Assembly (NCBI RefSeq): GCF_006345805.1
Contig: NC_043000.1
Coordinates: forward strand, 155,310,001 to 155,374,000
Direction of reading: 5' to 3'
Source of the DNA: Octopus sinensis
Lineage: Eukaryota
Length of the DNA stretch: 64,000 nucleotides
Shown: one piece after another, positions 1-14,199 of the stretch
How the letters are laid out: each line of letters opens with the position of its first letter
Position numbering within the stretch: position 1 is the stretch's first letter
Made by a program: the position numbers and the translations under genes
The notes under the pieces: generated by a model
The model's database searches: none
What the model was told of the DNA's origin: nothing
The model's input: the letters and a program-made list of their open reading frames with translations, nothing else

Positions 1-505
1 GTATATATATATATATATATATACAAAATAAGAAAATGGAGAAATACATCTAAATCATTAATCAACTACTATATATAAGCAGAGTTTGACACACAAATAT
101 ACGGGTGCATGCATATATACATACACACGTACACACACACTGATGCACACGGGCATGCGTACACTTTTGACAAGCTTTCTTACAGTTTTTTTATCGAACC
201 GAGGACCACGTGGTTCCTGTGCAAACGCCTCAATGCAACTTTGTTAAATACACATATGTTGATGTGTATTTAATCATTTAGTGTATGTTTCTTTATGAAC
301 GATATAATTGTTACAGTGATGATTCTAGGACGAATATATATTGGTACCATGCATTGTATTTTACTACTACAGCTAATGCTTCAGATATTTCTGACCGCTG
401 TTATTGTTGTGGTTGCAGCTGCTGTATCTATTGTTGTTGTTGTTGTTGTTGTTGTTATTGTTGCAGTTATGTCTTTGGCATTTAGTCTTATGTCGATACA
501 TCATA

Positions 506-822
506 CTGCTATAGCCCCGGGCCGACCAAGCCTTGTGAGTGGATTTGGTAGACGGAAACTGAAAGAAGCATGTCGTATATATGTATATATATATATGTAT
601 GTGTGTGTATGTGTTTGTGTGATTATCCCCCCTAGCATTGCTTGACAACCGATGCTGGTGTGTTTACGTCCCGTCACTTAACGGTTCGGCAAAAAAAGAC
701 CGATAGAATAAGTACTGGGCTTACAAAGAATAAGTCCCGGGGTCGATTTGCTCGACTAAAGGCGGTGCTCCAGCATGGCCGCAGTCAAATAACTGAAACA
801 AGTAAAAGAGTAAAGAGTAAGA
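506..822 (+). mobile_element. SINE family A (tRNA-derived, CORE-like, octopus OR/OK-type), 5'-truncated
   Basis: Near-identical to the full copy at 21006-21422 (GCCGACCAAGCCTTGTGAGTGGATTTGGTAGACGGAAACTGAAAGAAG ... GGCGGTGCTCCAGCATGGCCGCAGTC, GTAAAAGA tail). Confidence 0.85.
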
Positions 823-1249
823 GAGCCCGGTTATTAAAGTCATTCCAGCTATACCCACCTACTTATGCACATACATACATACATACATACATACATACAT
901 ACATACATACATACATGTGCATGTGTGTGTGTGTGCATGTGTACGTGTGTATGGCGTGCGCGTGTTTGTGTGTCTGTGTTCACAAAGAGGTAGATGGAAA
1001 GGGTTACGTTCTGCAATATTCGTTTCATTACTGAAGATGTTTAGATGTGACATGTGGGACATTTGGCTGATATTTCCAGCAAGTCAAGCCCTTGTCATTT
1101 CGCTTGTTGCTATTGCACTGGTGATACCGTGGTTTTCTAATGGAGCTTTTTGTCGTTGTTATTATTATGATAGTAGTCGTGGTGTCATACAGATAATCGC
1201 AGGGCCGGAAGTTTCCATTGTGCTACATCTTGAATGATTTTGGATACAA

Positions 1250-1460
1250 TTTCTGATTAGGTACAAAGCTAGTAATTTTGAGAAGAGCCGGTTAGTTGAT
1301 TATATCGCACGGAATACTCAACCTGCACATTATTCTATCGAGACCGAAGGAATGTAAATCAAAGATGACCTCGGTTAGATCTGAACTCAGAACGAAAAGC
1401 ACCCGAAATTATACTGCATAGCATATTATGTCCAGAACGCTAACGATTGTGCCAATCCAA
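1250..1460 (-). mobile_element. SINE family B, diverged
   Basis: Reverse complement resembles the copy at 17262 (GTTCTGAGTTCA...CCGAGGTC, TGGCA.AATCGTTAGC). Confidence 0.6.
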
Positions 1461-1859
1461 GAGGAATAATAATAATGTTGTTGTTGTTGATTTTGCTGTT
1501 CATGGTAATGATAATGAGGAGGGGGGCGAGGAGGAGGAAGAGGGGAGGAAGGAGGAAGAGGAGAGGAAGGAGAAAGAGGAAGATGAAAGTTATGATGAAT
1601 ACGATTTAGTCCATTAACTCAACACGAGCAGCTCGTAAGGGAATCATATTATCAATCGATTACTTTAGTAAATGCCGAGTACATATATAATGGACATCAT
1701 GGATCGAATGGTAAATGGAATCGAGCAAGATTTGAAACCAGAAACACGAGCAGACGAATCTAAATGCTACCGTTTCTTCAATTCAACAGCCACATTTATA
1801 TTATTTTGTTTTTATTTTTTGTTACTAATCATTTAAAATATTTACAAGGACTATTTTTA

Positions 1860-2080
1860 TTTTATACTTGTTTCAGTCATTTGACTGCGGCCATGCTGCA
1901 GCACCGCCTTTAGTCGAGCAAATCGACCCCGGGACTTATTCTTTTGTAAGCCTAGTACTTATTCTATCGGTCTCTTTTTGCCGAACCGCTAAGTGACGGG
2001 GACGTAAACACACCAGCATAGGTTGTCAAGCAATGCTAGGGGGACAAACACAGACACACAAACACACACATCTATACATA

Positions 2081-2152
<72 letters not shown>

Positions 2153-2213
2153 TACGACAGACTTCTTTCAGTTTCCGTCTACCAAATCCACTCACAAGGC
2201 ATTGGTCGGCCCC
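1860..2213 (-). mobile_element. SINE family A, 5'-truncated, with expanded internal (TA)n
   Basis: Reverse-complement match to family A body and tail. Confidence 0.85.
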
Positions 2214-2275
2214 ACTCCTGCGCACACTATAATAATAATATCACACACACACACACACACACTACACAGATATAC

Positions 2276-2575
2276 ACGGCCTAGTGGTTAGAATGTTGCA
2301 CTCACGATCTAGTGATCGTGGGGTCGATTCCTGGAGCGTGTTCCGTGTTATGTTGTTTATAAAAAAAACACTTCATTTCACGTTGCTCCGGTCCATTCAG
2401 CTGCAAATGGGTAACCCTGACACGGAATAGCCCTTCCGATCAGCACGAATGTTGGCCTGCATGGCTAACCAGTTGGGTGGCATCATTTGACACCTAAAAA
2501 CGATGCAAAGCGCAGCGGATTGTGACCAGTGATGTATAGCAACATCTGATAGTCTGATCGATCACGTGATCATGT
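2276..2575 (+). mobile_element. tRNA-derived SINE related to family C
   Basis: A-box-like GGCCTAGTGGTTAG, B-box-like GGTCGATTCC; tail TTGTGACCAGTGATGTATAGCAACATCTGATAG shared with 6703 and 39391. Confidence 0.7.
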
Positions 2576-2587
2576 GATGTGTGTATG

Positions 2588-2618
<31 letters not shown>

Positions 2619-2716
2619 GATAATCATATGTTATTGACGTGGTTTAGCAGTGCAAATGATGTTAATAATTTCAACAGGTCGCCCAATCCACGACAGAATT
2701 TGTCTTGTATGTTATA

Positions 2717-2789
<73 letters not shown>

Positions 2790-2791
<2 letters not shown>

Positions 2792-3008
2792 AGTAGCAAG
2801 CTGGCAGAATCGTTAAGCACGTCGGGCGAAATCCCAAACGACGTTTCGTCCGTCTTCCCGTTCCGAGTTCAAATTCTGCCGAGGTCGATGTTGTTTTTTC
2901 AATCTGTCGTGCTGGATGAAGTGAAATACCAGCTGAGCACTGGGGGTTAATGCAATCTACTAGTACTCTACTCCCAAACATTAAGCCCTGTTCCTATAAT
3001 AGAAAGGC
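2790..3008 (+). mobile_element. SINE family B
   Basis: AGCTGGCAGAATCGTTAAGCAC...GAGTTCAAATTCTGCCGAGGTCGA. Confidence 0.75.
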
Positions 3009-3094
3009 TGATTAGTATAAGGGAGATTTGATTATAAAGAGCAACATGTTATTAAGACTGACGAGGTGGAAAAGGAATCATAGTGCTTCTGCAA

Positions 3095-3267
3095 CACCAC
3101 TACTGCTGCTACTACTACTACTACTACTACACAACTACTACTACTATTACTACTACTACTACTACTACTATTACTACTACTACTACTACTACAAGTTGTA
3201 GTAGGGGTGATGGTGTTGTTGCTGTTGTTGGTGGCAGCAGAACAGGCGATGATGGTGGTTGTGGAGA

Positions 3268-3301
<34 letters not shown>

Positions 3302-3695
3302 GGTGTTGTACTGGTGCTGATGATGATGATGGCAGTGGTGATGGTGAGGATGATGATGATGAATATTGAAAAGAAGGGAAGGAGGAGGTCGTGGAGGAGG
3401 ACGACAACGAAGAAGAAGTAGAAGAGAAGAAGAAGAAGAAGAAGAAGAAGAAGAAGAAGAGAAGAAGAAGAAGAAGAAGAAGAAGAAGAAGAAGAAGAAG
3501 AAGAAGAAGAAGAAGAAGAAAAGTGTGATATGGAGGTGGTGGATGAGACAGACGACGCTGCAGGTGATAACGGTAGGGCATTGATTATGCAGAAGATGAC
3601 GATGATGATGATGATGTTGAAAAAGAAAAAGAAGTGGTGGAGGAGCAGGAGGAGGAGAACAGAACAACAACAACAACAACAACAACAATGACAGC
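3095..3695. repeat. Mosaic of trinucleotide microsatellites (CTA, GAT, GGT, GAA, CAA)
   Basis: Direct inspection; homopolymeric ORFs in all frames. Confidence 0.9.
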
Positions 3696-4078
3696 AGGAA
3701 CATTTATCAAAGCAAGACAGAAAAAAAAACCCCAGCGAAAACGGTATGACGATGCGGACGTCCGTAATAAGCGTCAACATACTTGTCAAAGCGCTTGACA
3801 CTATTCTAGCAGTGACGTAAGCAATTATGGAGGCGTCTTCAATAGCCGCAGCGAATGATGTCCACTTAATTTCTGAAGCTTCCAAAATTCATCAAGACTT
3901 TCCTTTAATCAGATTTCCAACATTAAATCTAAGGAATTTTCATTTCTCTATTTCGGCTTTCTCATTACGTATGCCTTACTACCTGTCTCGGTCTTTATCG
4001 TTCTCTGTCATTTCCTAAATGTCTTCCTATCTTATACATACGTACATATATATATCTGTCTTTCCCTCAGTATATATA

Positions 4079-4110
<32 letters not shown>

Positions 4111-4169
4111 CCACACACACATACACACACATACTCACATATAATAAATATACAGTACGTTATTATAAT

Positions 4170-4388
4170 AGTTTCAAATTTTGGTACAGGGCCAGCAATC
4201 GGGGGCGCGGGGGGGATAACTCAATTACATCGACACCATTGTACAACTGGTACTTACTGTATTAATCCCGAAAGGAAGACAGTCAAAGTTGACACCGGCG
4301 GTATTTGAACTCAAAACGTAAGGACTTACAGAATGCCGCTGAGCATTTCGGCTACTTGTCCGGCGCGGTAACGATTCTGCCAGCTCGC
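4170..4388 (-). mobile_element. SINE family B
   Basis: GGCGGTATTTGAACTC...TAACGATTCTGCCAGCTCGC is the reverse complement of the family B head. Confidence 0.75.
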
Positions 4389-4453
4389 AACATTGTAGTA
4401 TAATATATTATCATATCTAACATGTATGTATGTATGTATGTATGTATGTATGT

Positions 4454-4742
4454 ATGTATGTATGTATGTATGTATGTATGTATGTATGTATGTATGTGTA
4501 TATATATACATGCATACATGCGCACACTCACACATATAAACACTATCATGCACTGACATGTCAGCGTGTGTATTGTGTATATACACACACACAAACACGC
4601 AAACATACACACATACGTATATACATATGTTTGTGTGTGTGTATATACACAATACACACGCTGACATGTCAATGCATGATAGTGTTTATATGTATGAGTG
4701 TGCGCATGTATGCATGTATATATATACACATACATACGTACA

Positions 4743-4771
<29 letters not shown>
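4454..4771. repeat. Near-perfect inverted duplication (~145-bp arms, 30-bp spacer) in microsatellite DNA
   Basis: Left arm ending ~4597 is the reverse complement of the arm starting ~4628, with only 2-3 mismatches; ORF track gives the same peptides on both strands. Confidence 0.9.
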
Positions 4772-4778
<7 letters not shown>

Positions 4779-5083
4779 CATATACATATATATATATATA
4801 CATATACATATATATATATACATGTATATATACATATATATATACATACATATACATATATATATATACATATATATATACATACATATACATATATATA
4901 TACATATATATATACATACATATACATATATATATACATATATATATACATACATATACATATATATATATACATACATATACATATATATATGCATATA
5001 TATATACATACATATACATATATATATACATATATATACATACATATACATATATATATACATATATATACATATATATATAC

Positions 5084-5115
<32 letters not shown>

Positions 5116-5394
5116 GCACACACACACAATCATATGTAGCATCGTACGAAGAGTATATATGTGTTGTGTGTATGTGTGACTTTGCATACATAAAAAATTT
5201 TTATTAATATATATATGACAGATTTGTCTATGCTGGAAGGGTTTATATACAATTATTATATTGAGATTAGACACTAAATCACGTGTAAAGTCTTGTATTC
5301 AGATAAATATATACTCCCATAAAAGGTTGCATGACTTGAAACTCCTAGGAGTATAGCTTTTAAATTCAAAATAGCTATACACAAGATTTGAAAC

Positions 5395-5494
5395 NNNNNN
5401 NNNNNNNNNNNNNNNNNNNNNNNNNNNNNNNNNNNNNNNNNNNNNNNNNNNNNNNNNNNNNNNNNNNNNNNNNNNNNNNNNNNNNNNNNNNNNN
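5395..5494. other. Assembly gap (100 N)
   Basis: Run of N. Confidence 1.
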
Positions 5495-5993
5495 CGGCCG
5501 CTGCCGCCACCACCACCACCACTACAACCACCACCACCCCCCACCACCACCAACCACTACTACTATACTACTACTACTTCTACGTAAACTATTACTGCTA
5601 CTACATCTACACCACCTCTTCTACCACAGTCATCATCTCCCTACTCTATTACTCTTCACCTACTACCACAATAAAAGTGGCGACAATAACCAAACTCCGC
5701 TATCACCACCACCACTACCACCACAACCACCACCACCGTCACCATCATTATCAACAAACCCACCACCACCACCTCCAGAGTTACCTGCACCATCTCCATC
5801 ACCTGCACCATCTCAACCGTTTAGAACTGTTTACGAGTCACTGATAGAAGTCGTAAGAGGCCTGACATCTTCCTCGTGTTTTTAACTGTAGTCGTGGAAA
5901 TGAACTGTCGCAGAAGTACGAGAAACAAAGCTCACATCACCGAGATTAGGAAAAACAGTAATTGTACAATTGTTGTTAGGATTATTATTATTA

Positions 5994-6065
<72 letters not shown>

Positions 6066-6068
<3 letters not shown>

Positions 6069-6180
6069 TGAGTGAGAGAGCAGTTCATGCCATCAAAGTG
6101 ACACTGGGGGTAAAATATACGAAGCCCAAATATACCCATCATGATACCCGTCTGATAAGGGTACACAGGCACATGCATCA
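6066..6180 (-). mobile_element. Short retroelement 3'-end fragment embedded in (TAA)n, possibly an R4/Dong-type 3' UTR
   Basis: Unique ~115 bp flanked on both sides by (TTA)n, the same context as the Dong-like element at 15276-17122. Confidence 0.4.
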
Positions 6181-6186
6181 ATAATA

Positions 6187-6257
<71 letters not shown>

Positions 6258-6702
6258 TTATCATCATTATTATTATTATTATTATTTAGCACCAGGTAAA
6301 CTTTGATGGAACAGACCCAAGATAAGAGATGTTTCAGCCGTAACCATCTCGTTAGTTTAGGCGACATGTAAACTTTAATTATCCAATGTGTTCGTTTATT
6401 TCTCAAGACTGTGGGATTTGATTAGGGCAAAATTTACTTGATACTTCTTGCAAGACGAATGATTACGTAGAGAATCCGTTATCAAAGAACTGAAGCTGAA
6501 GGTACAAGTGTGATGAGGTAATGAAGCGGAAGTAATTGTAGATTTTTAAGAAAAGAATTGTAATTTTCTTCTTAATGGCTGCATTGGAAGATCAAGTTCT
6601 AATTGAAGCACCAACGCAATAATTAATCATTTAACAACAGAGGTTATACTACTAGTTGATTAATTAATCCACACACGCGCATACACACGTGTAAATATGT
6701 AT

Positions 6703-6986
6703 GTGATCACCGTGACCACCGTGACCGACCAGGCTATCAGATGTTGCTACACATCGCTGGTCACAATGCGCTTTGCATTGTTTTAGCCTTCAAATGACGC
6801 CACCCCGCTGGCTAAGCGAGAAATTGAGGCGAAAGAGTACAGCAGGGATTTCCACCACCCTCTGCCGGAGCCTCGCGGAGCCTTAGGTGTTTTCGCTCAA
6901 TAAAAACTCACAACGCCCGGTCTGGAAATCGAAACCGCGATCCTACGACGAGTCCGCTGCCCTAACCACTGGACTATTGCGCCTCC
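6703..6986 (-). mobile_element. SINE family C (GGAGGCGCAAT.G.CCAGTGGTTAG head)
   Basis: tRNA-like head with A box and GGTTTCGATT B box; head matches 33043-33419 and 36240. Confidence 0.85.
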
Positions 6987-7000
6987 ACATATATATATAA

Positions 7001-7136
7001 CTGGTACTTAGTTTATCGACCCCGAAAGGATGAAAGGCAAAGTCGACCTCGGCGGAATTTGAACTCGGAACGTAACGACAGACGAAATACGGCAACGCAT
7101 TTCGCCCGGCGTGCTAACGTTCTGCCAGCTCGCCGG
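7001..7136 (-). mobile_element. SINE family B, 5' part
   Basis: Reverse complement of GGCGAGCTGGCAGAACGTTAGC...GCCTTTCATCCTTTCGGGGTCGATAAA. Confidence 0.85.
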
Positions 7137-7195
7137 TACACACACACACACACACCACACACACACACACACACACCACCACACACACACACACT

Positions 7196-7226
<31 letters not shown>

Positions 7227-7518
7227 ACACACACCACACACACACACCAACACTGCACACACACAACACACACACACAACACACACACTCACACACACCA
7301 ACACCACACCCTCACACACACACACACACACTCACACACACACACACTCAACACACACACACACACACACTCACACACACACACAACACACACACACACA
7401 CACACACACACTAAAAGTTTAACATGAAAAACGATGCGTAACAAGAAGCTTATTAGCACAACAATCGTTTTCTGCTTCATTATATGTATATGTGTGTGTA
7501 TGTATATATGTAAGTATG

Positions 7519-7623
<105 letters not shown>

Positions 7624-7635
7624 AGATATATATAT

Positions 7636-7669
<34 letters not shown>

Positions 7670-7699
7670 GTATGTGTATGTATGTATGTGTGTGTATAT

Positions 7700-7905
7700 G
7701 TTTGGTGACTTTGTTTTTCCCCCCCAACATGACTTTACAACCGATGCTGGTGTGTTTACGTCCCTGCAACTTAGTTGTTCGGCACAAGAGACCGATAGAA
7801 TAAGTACTAAGCTTTAAAAAAAAAAAATTCCTGGGGTCGATTTTCTCAACTAAAGGCGGTGCTCCAGCATGGCCACAGTCAAATGACTGAAACAAGAAGA
7901 AAAGA
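7700..7905 (+). mobile_element. SINE family A, 3' half
   Basis: ACAACCGATGCTGGTGTGTTTACG...GGCGGTGCTCCAGCATGGCC. Confidence 0.8.
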
Positions 7906-7937
<32 letters not shown>

Positions 7938-7944
7938 ATATAGA

Positions 7945-7973
7945 TATAGATATATAGATAGATAGATAGATAG

Positions 7974-8006
<33 letters not shown>

Positions 8007-8042
8007 GTAGGGATAGATAGACTAGATAGATAGATAGATAGG

Positions 8043-8122
<80 letters not shown>
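7945..8122. repeat. (GATA)n microsatellite
   Basis: Direct inspection. Confidence 0.95.
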
Positions 8123-8420
8123 CATACACCACTGTTAGACTTTTGGTCAGTCATATTGCGCCAAGTCTATTTTTTCCACTTTGGTTTATTATTTTATCGT
8201 CAACTCTACGACGAGCTGCCACATTTCGGGACATAATGAGAAACGTCAGAAATACAGAGGAGCGCATACATACACGCAGTTCCACCCACAAGGCATTAAT
8301 TGATCAAAGGCTGTATTAGAAAATACTTAGGCAGCATACCACCGAGTAGCTGCGTGTCGGTAACCACGAGGTTGCAAAGCAATTGTGTTAACCATGCAGC
8401 AATGCATGCATCTCTCTCTC

Positions 8421-8837
8421 TCTTTACTCTTTACTCTTTTATTTGTTTCAGTCATTTGACTGCGGCCATGCTGGAGCACCGCCTTTTAATCGAGCAACTC
8501 GACCCCGGGACTTATTCTTTTGTAAGCCCAGTACTTATTCTATCGGTCTCTTTTGCCGAACCGCTAAGTGACGGGGACGTAAACACACCAGCATCGGTTG
8601 TCAAGCAATGCTAGGGGGACAAACACAGACAAACAAACACACACACGCATATACACATATATATACATATATACGACGGGCTTCTTTTCAGTTTCAGTCT
8701 ACCAAATCCACTCACAAGGCTTTGGTCGGCCCGAGGCTATAGTAGAAGACACTTTCCTAAGGTACCACGCAGTGGGACTGAACCCGGAACCATGTGGTTG
8801 ATAAACAAGCTACTTACCACACAGTCACTCCTGCGCC
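8421..8837 (-). mobile_element. SINE family A, full length
   Basis: Complete reverse-complement match to 21006-21422. Confidence 0.9.
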
Positions 8838-9428
8838 TGTATAACTGAAATTTGTAAAAAGTATTTCAAGAATGAAGTATATAATTACAAAGTTTTATAG
8901 GTTTGAGTTTCTTCTTATCTTTGTAGGTGCCGGAGATGGTAGAAGTTTCAGTATAATTTGACTCCTGGCATGGTGGGAGCAGTTCTTTCTCACCTCTTTA
9001 TTTTTCTTCCGAATGAGGTGCTAAAATCGACTATGAAATGAATTTCTTTCAACACTATCCGGATGAAAGTATCACACGCCCGTACACTCACACACACTCA
9101 CACAAATTTATATGTATATATATATATATATATATATGTACATAGAATAATGAACATGTAAAAAGCGTGTGATTCATAATTTAATTCTGCCCTACAGCTG
9201 TTTCGCGTGTGTATGTGTATCACACACACAAACATACACATGTATATATACATACATACACACATTTACGCAGAGAGACATATATGGTTGCTTGTTTGGT
9301 TTGTATTAATGATTTCTGTTGATTCACTAAATTCTCCCTTCCATAATGTACGAATAACAACCATTATTTAAGTAGCTTCAAATCTGGTTAGCCCTAAAAA
9401 AATAGTAAATTTGATTTCCATTACTAAG

Positions 9429-9521
<93 letters not shown>

Positions 9522-9949
9522 ATATGATATTATATTTGGTTATCACATTTACAGTCTTAAGTCTATGTTAACACTTCTTACGGAATTCTCCCTACGATAA
9601 ATTAAGCAAAGAAAAAAGTTTTCTTTAAGTTTCTATTCATATCTACTACGGAATTATCCCGCCGAGAAAATAATAAATATAGAAGATTATTATTACTTAA
9701 TTTAAACAATAATCTTTTTATACAAATTAATTTAAATAAATAAAAGAGTTGTATTGACGATGTAATTGTTTAATATATATTTTCTTGCAGTTATATGTAG
9801 GAGAAGACTTAGCTACTTAATTATATATCTTATGTTGTATGTTGTGGTGACAAGCGACTATGAATGGACATTGCAACTGGTAACTGTTTGACATGTAATG
9901 AAGTGAATTTCCATGGTTGTGGATCGCACTTACTTGATTGTATCATCCG

Positions 9950-10558
9950 TTAGATAAACTTAGATAAACTTAGATATGTTTCGACCAAAGATTGGTCCAG
10001 GCCATGTCTAACTTAATAGCACCACCTGATAGGATTATTTGAATCCTGTTTAAGTCAAGTTTGTTTATGGCCATTCAAGCAGTGAGTTTTGTTGGGTGAG
10101 TTGTATCCAATTATGGGTGGCTTATCTGGTATTCTTTGAAGGAATCTATCCAGACTCTGTTTAAAGTTGATGGGATCCTTTTCCTCTTTGATCTCTTTCG
10201 GGACAATGTTAAATAGGGCAGGGCCTGTTGAGTAAAATAAATTATGTTGCAGTGTGCATATATGCTGTGATCTTGAATTGAGCAGGGGACGTATGGTCCG
10301 TGGTCCCAGTCTTGGATGAACCTTGAAGCTAATGTTCAGGTCGTTTGGGCAAAGTTGGCGGTATATTCTCCACATCGTACAAATGACGTACCGCTCACGG
10401 CGACGCTGGAGAGAGTAGAGTTTCAAGGCTTTAAGGCGATCCCAATAATCGAGAGCAGTCATGCCTTCAATTCGTTTAGTGAGTGCCCTCTGGGGTGATT
10501 CAATCCTCGAGATATTTTGTCTTGTATGGGGAGACCACAGTTGGCAGCAGTATTCGAT
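9950..10558 (-). mobile_element. CR1/L2-like LINE, 5'-truncated 3' end
   Basis: ORF 10055-10615 has IEYCCQLWSP...YWDRLKALKLYSLQRRRERY, a CR1-type RT C-terminus; short tandem tail (AGTTTATCTA)n. Confidence 0.85.
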
Positions 10559-10892
10559 TTTGTTACTTTTTAATTGTGATTGATGTATGATTGAGTAGTT
10601 AATGCCGACGCTCATAATACATAGAAATTTGAATTAGTTTTTACAATCCAGCCCTCGTTTCACACAGAATTTCGTCTTCTTCTAAACCATGACCCTGAAG
10701 TGACTTTATATGTAATGGAACTGTTATGTATATCAGAAAAATTATATAAAAGTTTTATGGTTTTTATAATTATTTATGTTATATAATATGTTATGTTATA
10801 TTATATTCATTGTATTTAATGAAATATTGTAATATAAATACAAAGTATTGGATTGTCAATAGTATATCTCAATATTTAATACACACACACAC

Positions 10893-11131
<239 letters not shown>

Positions 11132-11516
11132 GATAGATAGATAGATAGATAGATAGATGATAGATGATAGATAGATAGATATACATATAATCATTTTTGA
11201 ACGCTTGAAACCATAGATAAAACTATAAATAATATCGTGATCCACAGAGTTTTTAACCAAAGATTTACACACTATTATTTATAAAAATAGTGTGTAAATA
11301 TTATTTATAATAATAGTGTGCAAATATTTCGTCTGTCGGCGAACTTTTTTCTTCTTCATGTTCGTTTACTACATATTGTTTTGCACTTAGTGCACTGTTT
11401 TTTATATTTATAATTTTATCAACGATTTTATTCTTTCATTAAAAACGAATTAGTTCACATTTCTTGAAATCTCTAAATTTGTATGTATGTATGTAACACA
11501 CACACACAAATATATA

Positions 11517-11550
<34 letters not shown>

Positions 11551-11556
11551 TACATA

Positions 11557-11893
11557 GGCGCGGAGTGGCTGTGTGGTAAGTAGCTTGTCTACCAACCACA
11601 TGGTTCCAGGTTCAGTCCCACTGCGTGGCACCTTGGGCAAGTGTCTTTTACTACAGCCTCGGGCCGACCAAAGCCTTGTGAGTGGATTTGGTAGACGGAA
11701 ACTGAAAGAAGCCCGTCGTATATATGTATATATATATATGCCTGTGTGTGTTTGTGTGTCTGTGTTTGTCCCCTAGCATTGCTTGACAACCGATTACAAA
11801 AGAATAAGTCCCGGGGTTGAGTTGCTCGATTAAAAAGCGGTGCTCCAGCATGGCCGCAGTCAAATTACTGAAACAAGTAAAAGAGTAAAAGAG
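11557..11893 (+). mobile_element. SINE family A with internal deletion
   Basis: Full tRNA-like head; ACAACCGAT joins directly to TACAAAAGAATAAG. Confidence 0.9.
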
Positions 11894-11924
<31 letters not shown>

Positions 11925-13600
11925 TATTGTTGTAGTTTCATGTAAGTAGTCGGTATTAACTTCGTTATCGAGATCATGTCACGTTAATCTTCCCTTTTCT
12001 CCTTTTTGTAGTCGACAAAATGTAGTACTATTGAAGTACATCGATTTAACAGTCTAAGCACTCTCCTCCAAGTTCTTGGAATTATCACTGAGAAGAGGCT
12101 GTGGGTTATAAACTTGGTAGATTGCCGAATATATATCTTGTCCCTTGCGAAGTCAATTTTTCAGAGTCACTAAAATATGTATAAGTCAGCTACTGAAGTA
12201 GATTCAATTCGATTGTACCTTCTGTCAGAGTATGAATTATCGCTTTGGTTTTCATATTTTTCATATTTTTTCACCGTTTCCAAATTTCTTATCATTATGA
12301 GTACTATTTGTACTTCTGCGTGTGTATATCTGGATAATTCGATTTTTGTAGTCGATTTGTAGGTGTTTAACTTAATGGCGGTACTTCACAAAAATATCTG
12401 CTCATTTATTGGTCAGTTCTGGTTAATTTGGTCAGTTTTGATCTCTCTGTGTAGATTGCCATGTTGTATAATATGATTGCTTTGTCTGCTGGCATAACTT
12501 CCTGTGTATCTAAGTTCCATCACTGTTTTGCATGTGAATATATTTTTTCTTGCTAATGACCGGGCAGCAGCCAACAATGTTCTTATATGATTCTTCCTCA
12601 CTTTCTCATATTCTGCAGTTACTCCAGTCTGCTTCGTAATATGCTTTTGTTGGGTTTCTGTTTGTGAGGTTTTAATCTTCTGCCACAATGAAGATTTCTT
12701 TTGTCCCATTTCTGAATCGTGAGCTTCTCAGCCTCTATTGTGCATTTTCCTTACCTATTTCCATCTTGTTCTGCTCTATCAGGTTTTAACCATGTCGAGA
12801 CAATACTTGCAAAACTCGTCTCTGTCGTTGTTATAGAACCATTTTTAACGAGATTGTGGCTGTTTCTCCTTTTCCTTTACACCTGCTGTCATTTCAGTTT
12901 CTGTTTTATATTTGTTGGCTTCCTTGAAGACAGTAAGCGCTTTATTCGTTTTCTTCGTGTTCCAGAGCTATTTGTATTAATATATATCATTATTATTTTC
13001 TAGATATTTTTATATCGTAGAGTGAATGAATATTTTATAGTTTTCTACTGCATAAGCCTGCTCACAGTCTATATTCATGGTAAATTTAATATTTCTACGT
13101 CAGATTTGCGAAGCAGTCATGGAAGCAGCCATTATTTTCCTTGTTTCCCTGTCTGGTTGTGCTAGTTGGTTTAACATCCAAATGAGAATACCATAGCTAT
13201 AACTTATTACTTGAACAGCTAAATTATTGGTGCTTATTTATTTATATATTTATTTATTTTGCATTAACCCTGTTTTTTAAGTATTAATCTCATGATTCTG
13301 AGTATTTGTGTTTGGTCTGTCTAATTCTCTTTTCCCCTTATCTAATATGACATTTGCGTGTTTAATTAGTTTTCTTCTCGTCAAAGTTGCTTTGGCTCAT
13401 TCTCTAGCCCGAATCACAAATGAATATCTGTAGTCAGCCTACATATTGTCTTCACTAGTGTTTGTATTTGTTTATCGTTTACGGCATAGAGTTTGAGATC
13501 TATATACAAAAGATGGCTGATTGTTTTACTTATGCATTTGTTGTGAAAAGCTCATAACCGGAAGTGGTGGTTGATTGCACAGCAGTAAATGGAGATGTAT
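11925..13600 (-). pseudogene. Highly degenerate R4/Dong-like non-LTR retrotransposon
   Basis: Minus-strand remnants ISHLLYI-DLKLYA (~13500, cf. YMDDLKLY) and GCCPVISKKKYIH (~12550, CCHC region). Confidence 0.6.
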
Positions 13601-13689
13601 TTTTATATGCCAGACTTCTTTGGATGCTGCTTGGCAGATAATTACCGCAACTAGCAGTAGAACGGAAGAATTCTCAGTTCTGTGAGTCG

Positions 13690-14160
13690 ACAAGTGGAAG
13701 CGTTGCTGAGAATGAACTCAAACAAGGGTGATCACAATGATTTTCGGCCTATAACTATTAAGCATATACTGTAAATTCTGATTAATTGTTAGCAAAGATG
13801 GTCAAACAGGTTATATGTAAGCATCCGGTTTCCTCAACAGATCGATTCACATGCGTTACATCATGCGATACATACTGTAGAATGTGGGCCTTTGATAAAG
13901 TTATATCAGGCAAAAGCTTTTAATGGCGTTAACCCCCGCCTCCAATACTTCCGCGGTTCGATTGCTACAATGTATAGCTACATTTGCTCAGTGGTTTGTG
14001 TGAATTGCCACTTATGCAACCGTTCAGTATCCGGCGTTCGGTCCGTTAAGTTTGTCCCTCTCGTGTCTTCAGTGTACAATGTCTAGAGCCTCTAGGCAAT
14101 GTTTAGGATGTCGAAGGGTTGTGTAGGCATATGCGGACGATGTCAGCATCATCAGGGTCG
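13690..14160 (+). pseudogene. L1/Tx1-like RT fragment
   Basis: Remnants QAKAF, LEPL and AYADDVSI; similar to 28250-28560. Confidence 0.6.
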
Positions 14161-14199
14161 GGACTCATGGATAATTTCCGGGAATCGCTAACCTGGAAG

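Noticed and set aside
3032-3885. Long low-complexity ORFs (poly-L/F/S/H)
   Set aside because: Translations of trinucleotide microsatellites.
4352-5274. YI/HT/MYVC-rich ORFs here and throughout the window
   Set aside because: Artefacts of (TA)n, (CA)n and (TATG)n tracts.
9188-9206. Half hammerhead GAAACAGCTGTA on the minus strand (similar remnants at ~34140, ~52362, ~54053)
   Set aside because: No intact CUGANGA partner with paired stems; at most decayed relatives.
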